Made by a program: the position numbers and the translations under genes. Shown here piece after piece: positions 61,651 to 64,000 of a stretch of DNA of 64,000 bases (positions are counted from its first letter, which is position 1; the number at the start of each line of letters is the position of its first letter). The notes under the pieces are model-generated. The model saw only the letters and a list, made by a program, of their open reading frames with translations. It did no database searches and was not told the origin of the DNA. The DNA is from Paraspadella gotoi (lineage: Eukaryota; Animalia; Chaetognatha). The stretch lies in NCBI GenBank assembly GCA_051294375.1, contig CM119270.1, forward strand, positions 17,047,904 through 17,111,903, given 5' to 3'.

Positions 61651-62432
61651 TTTTTTTTTTCTTTACGAATTTTATTTTAACTTTTGCATGAATCATAAAA
61701 AAATATTTTTGAAATCGGACAAAAAATTCCCTTCAGGGTTCGATTTATTTAACTTTTTCAGAAAAATATCATAATGTATTCAGTTATTAAAAGTAATTTT
61801 AATAATAACTTCTGAAATACTTTAATAAAAAAACTGTAAAAATAAAGTTTTAATTTAGTATTTTGTAAGTACTTGAAATGTATTTTAATTCCTATACGCC
61901 GATATTTTTATTTTTGTGGTAATCTTTTTCAAGACAGTTCAGGTTACAAATATTTTAACGAGTTTGAGCAAACAATGCCGGATCTGCCCACGATCATTAG
62001 CGGTAAGCAGATGATCAGATAACTAATTAATTAATTATTAAAGTTTGCATTTACATTTAATACAAAAATAAAAAGCATAATCAAACTCATAGGGTGATTT
62101 TAGATCAGCTTTTAATGGTTTGAAGTCTCAACACCCGTCGCCTGGAACGCGATGATAAATTTTATGGTTGATTGAATAATGGAATTGAAAAGAGGATGAA
62201 GTGATGGCGGAAGGCAAGAACTAGCACATGATAGTCTTTTTTAAATGAATAATTTATGAGGGATAAAATTTTCAATTCGACCCTTCAATTCATAAATGCG
62301 GGAGTTTAACATTACAAAGATTTAAATGGGGTTTTTTTTTTCAGTATTTTCTTCGACAGAGGAGGAAATTCGCCCTGAATAACTTCGATGCAAATCAGTT
62401 TTTCGCGTTAATTCTCTTTATTTTCTGACAAA

Positions 62433-64000
62433 ATGTCGCAAAAACTCAGAAAACTTCCCGACGTGCCTCCATCGTCTCAGCATTTTACAGCCGAAGATAT
62501 GGGGATTTACGAAACAGTGAAGAAGAAATCCATCCTTAAAAGTTCAAAAGGTTGGTTAAATAATACAATTTAAAAAAAGATTATTACTATATGCTCGATA
62601 CAATCACTAATTATTATTTCTTCTTTATCGTTTTACTAAAAACGTCAAACAAGGCTGAAATTATTTTATCTTTCACAGTTACACTCACGTTTAACGTTTT
62701 CGTGATTAGCTTAATCGCTATCTTTCTGGTGCTTATTTTTTCCTATGTAAAAAAAGCGGAACTTCAACAAAGTAAGACAAAGAGACCTCAAGATGAAACC
62801 TTAACCAATCAATAACCAAAAATCTTTTTAAAATTTAAAGTAATTATTTATGAAAATCGACGCGCTTCTCTAAAAAATCAGATAAAACTAAAAAATCTAA
62901 AAATAACCAATGTACAATGAATAAGTATCCTAAATGAGAAAGATGTAGGGTTGTAGGGTTTAAAAGTCAGGTTTTGGGCAAGTCACATCCCAGTTAAGTT
63001 ATGGCAGTTGTGATAGGTGTCATTAACTGGGCTGTGACTGCTTCTTATCTATCCCTGTTCCGCGTAATCCAGTACACCATGTTTAGCTGAAGCATCGAAA
63101 ATACCGAATGAACTACCAATAAACATGAATTAACAGAAATCTATATGTATTACACAGATACAATTTTAACAAAAATGCGTCAAATGGACCAAAAAATAAC
63201 TACTTTCACTCATGAACCAGGTATGTAAAAAGAATTGTTAATGCTAATTTGTTAGATGAATATAAAATAACAATAGGCCCTATAATTACAGGTACAATAT
63301 TTTCAAAAATGCTCTTCATAGATCAAAAGATAACTGCTCTCACCGATACTCAAGGTAGGTAGATTCTTCGACATAATTCTATACTAATTTCGCGATTAGC
63401 TTAATCGCTATCTTCCTGATTCTTATTTTTTCCCATGTAAAAAAAGCGGAACTTCAACAAATTAAGACAAAGAGACCTCAAGATAAAACCTAAACCAATC
63501 AATAACCAAATCTTTTTTAAAATTTAAAGTAATTATTAATGAAAAGTGACGCGCTTCTCTAAAAAATCAGATAAAACTAAAAAAATCTAAAAAATAAACG
63601 CAATGTACAATGAATAAGTATCCTAAATGAGAAAGATGTAGGGTTGTAGGGTTTAAAAAGTCAGGTTTTGGGTAAAGTCACATCCCAGTTAAGTTATGGC
63701 AGTTGTGATAGGTGTCATTAACTGGGCTGTGACTGCTTCTTATCTATCGCTGTTCCGCGTAATCCAGTACACCATGTTAAGCTGAAGCACCGGAAATACC
63801 GAATGAACTACTAATAAACATGAATTAACAGAAATCTATATGTATTACACAGNNNNNNNNNNNNNNNNNNNNNNNNNTTTAAATTTAAAGTAATTATTTA
63901 TGAAAATCGACGCGCTTCTCTAAAAAATAAGATAAAAACTAAAAAATCTAAAAATAACCAATGTACAATGAATAAGTATCCTAAATGAGAAGATATGTAG
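62433..64000 (+). CDS. Tandem paralog of the type II FReD gene (5' part only: cytoplasmic exon, TM exon, neck micro-exons)
   Basis: MSQKLRKLPDVPPSSQHFTAEDMGIYETVKKKSILK|VTLTFNVFVISLIAIFLVLIFSYVKKAELQQ|..TILTKMRQMDQKIT..|..TIFSKMLFIDQKIT.. parallels the gene at 59308 exon by exon. The FReD itself is not in the window. Confidence 0.7.
62700..64000. repeat. About 690-bp-period tandem duplication (62704 matches 63394; third unit after the N gap)
   Basis: Near-identical sequence gattagcttaatcgctatc..tgtattacacag occurs twice and restarts at 63878. Confidence 0.9.

Overview
Gene-dense, AT-rich, intron-containing DNA from an invertebrate animal (draft assembly with N gaps at about 29024, 57227 and 63853; abundant (GA)n/(CT)n microsatellites). 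Hand-splicing supports these genes. (1) A two-gene cassette present twice in tandem on the minus strand, each copy being a pannexin/innexin-family channel followed by a small stand-alone TDP-43 N-terminal-domain-like protein (1.2-11.5 kb). (2) A TWIK-type K2P potassium channel with two alternative TM1/cap first exons, an apparent +1 frameshift and an intron-nested C2H2 zinc-finger gene (13.6-24.8 kb). (3) A fibrinogen-related-domain (FReD) gene. (4) A long MEGF6-like multi-EGF gene (minus strand, 5' end outside the window). One of its introns holds an antisense PAK kinase gene, and an intron of that PAK gene holds two reduced DEG/ENaC channel genes, giving three-level nesting. (5) Two type II membrane FReD genes with micro-exon-built necks. 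Smaller elements include a CCA-ended tRNA-Lys retropseudogene with a target-site duplication, tRNA-headed SINEs, hammerhead-ribozyme-bearing Penelope-like repeats and several minisatellites. All family assignments come from motif recognition by eye; no database search was run.
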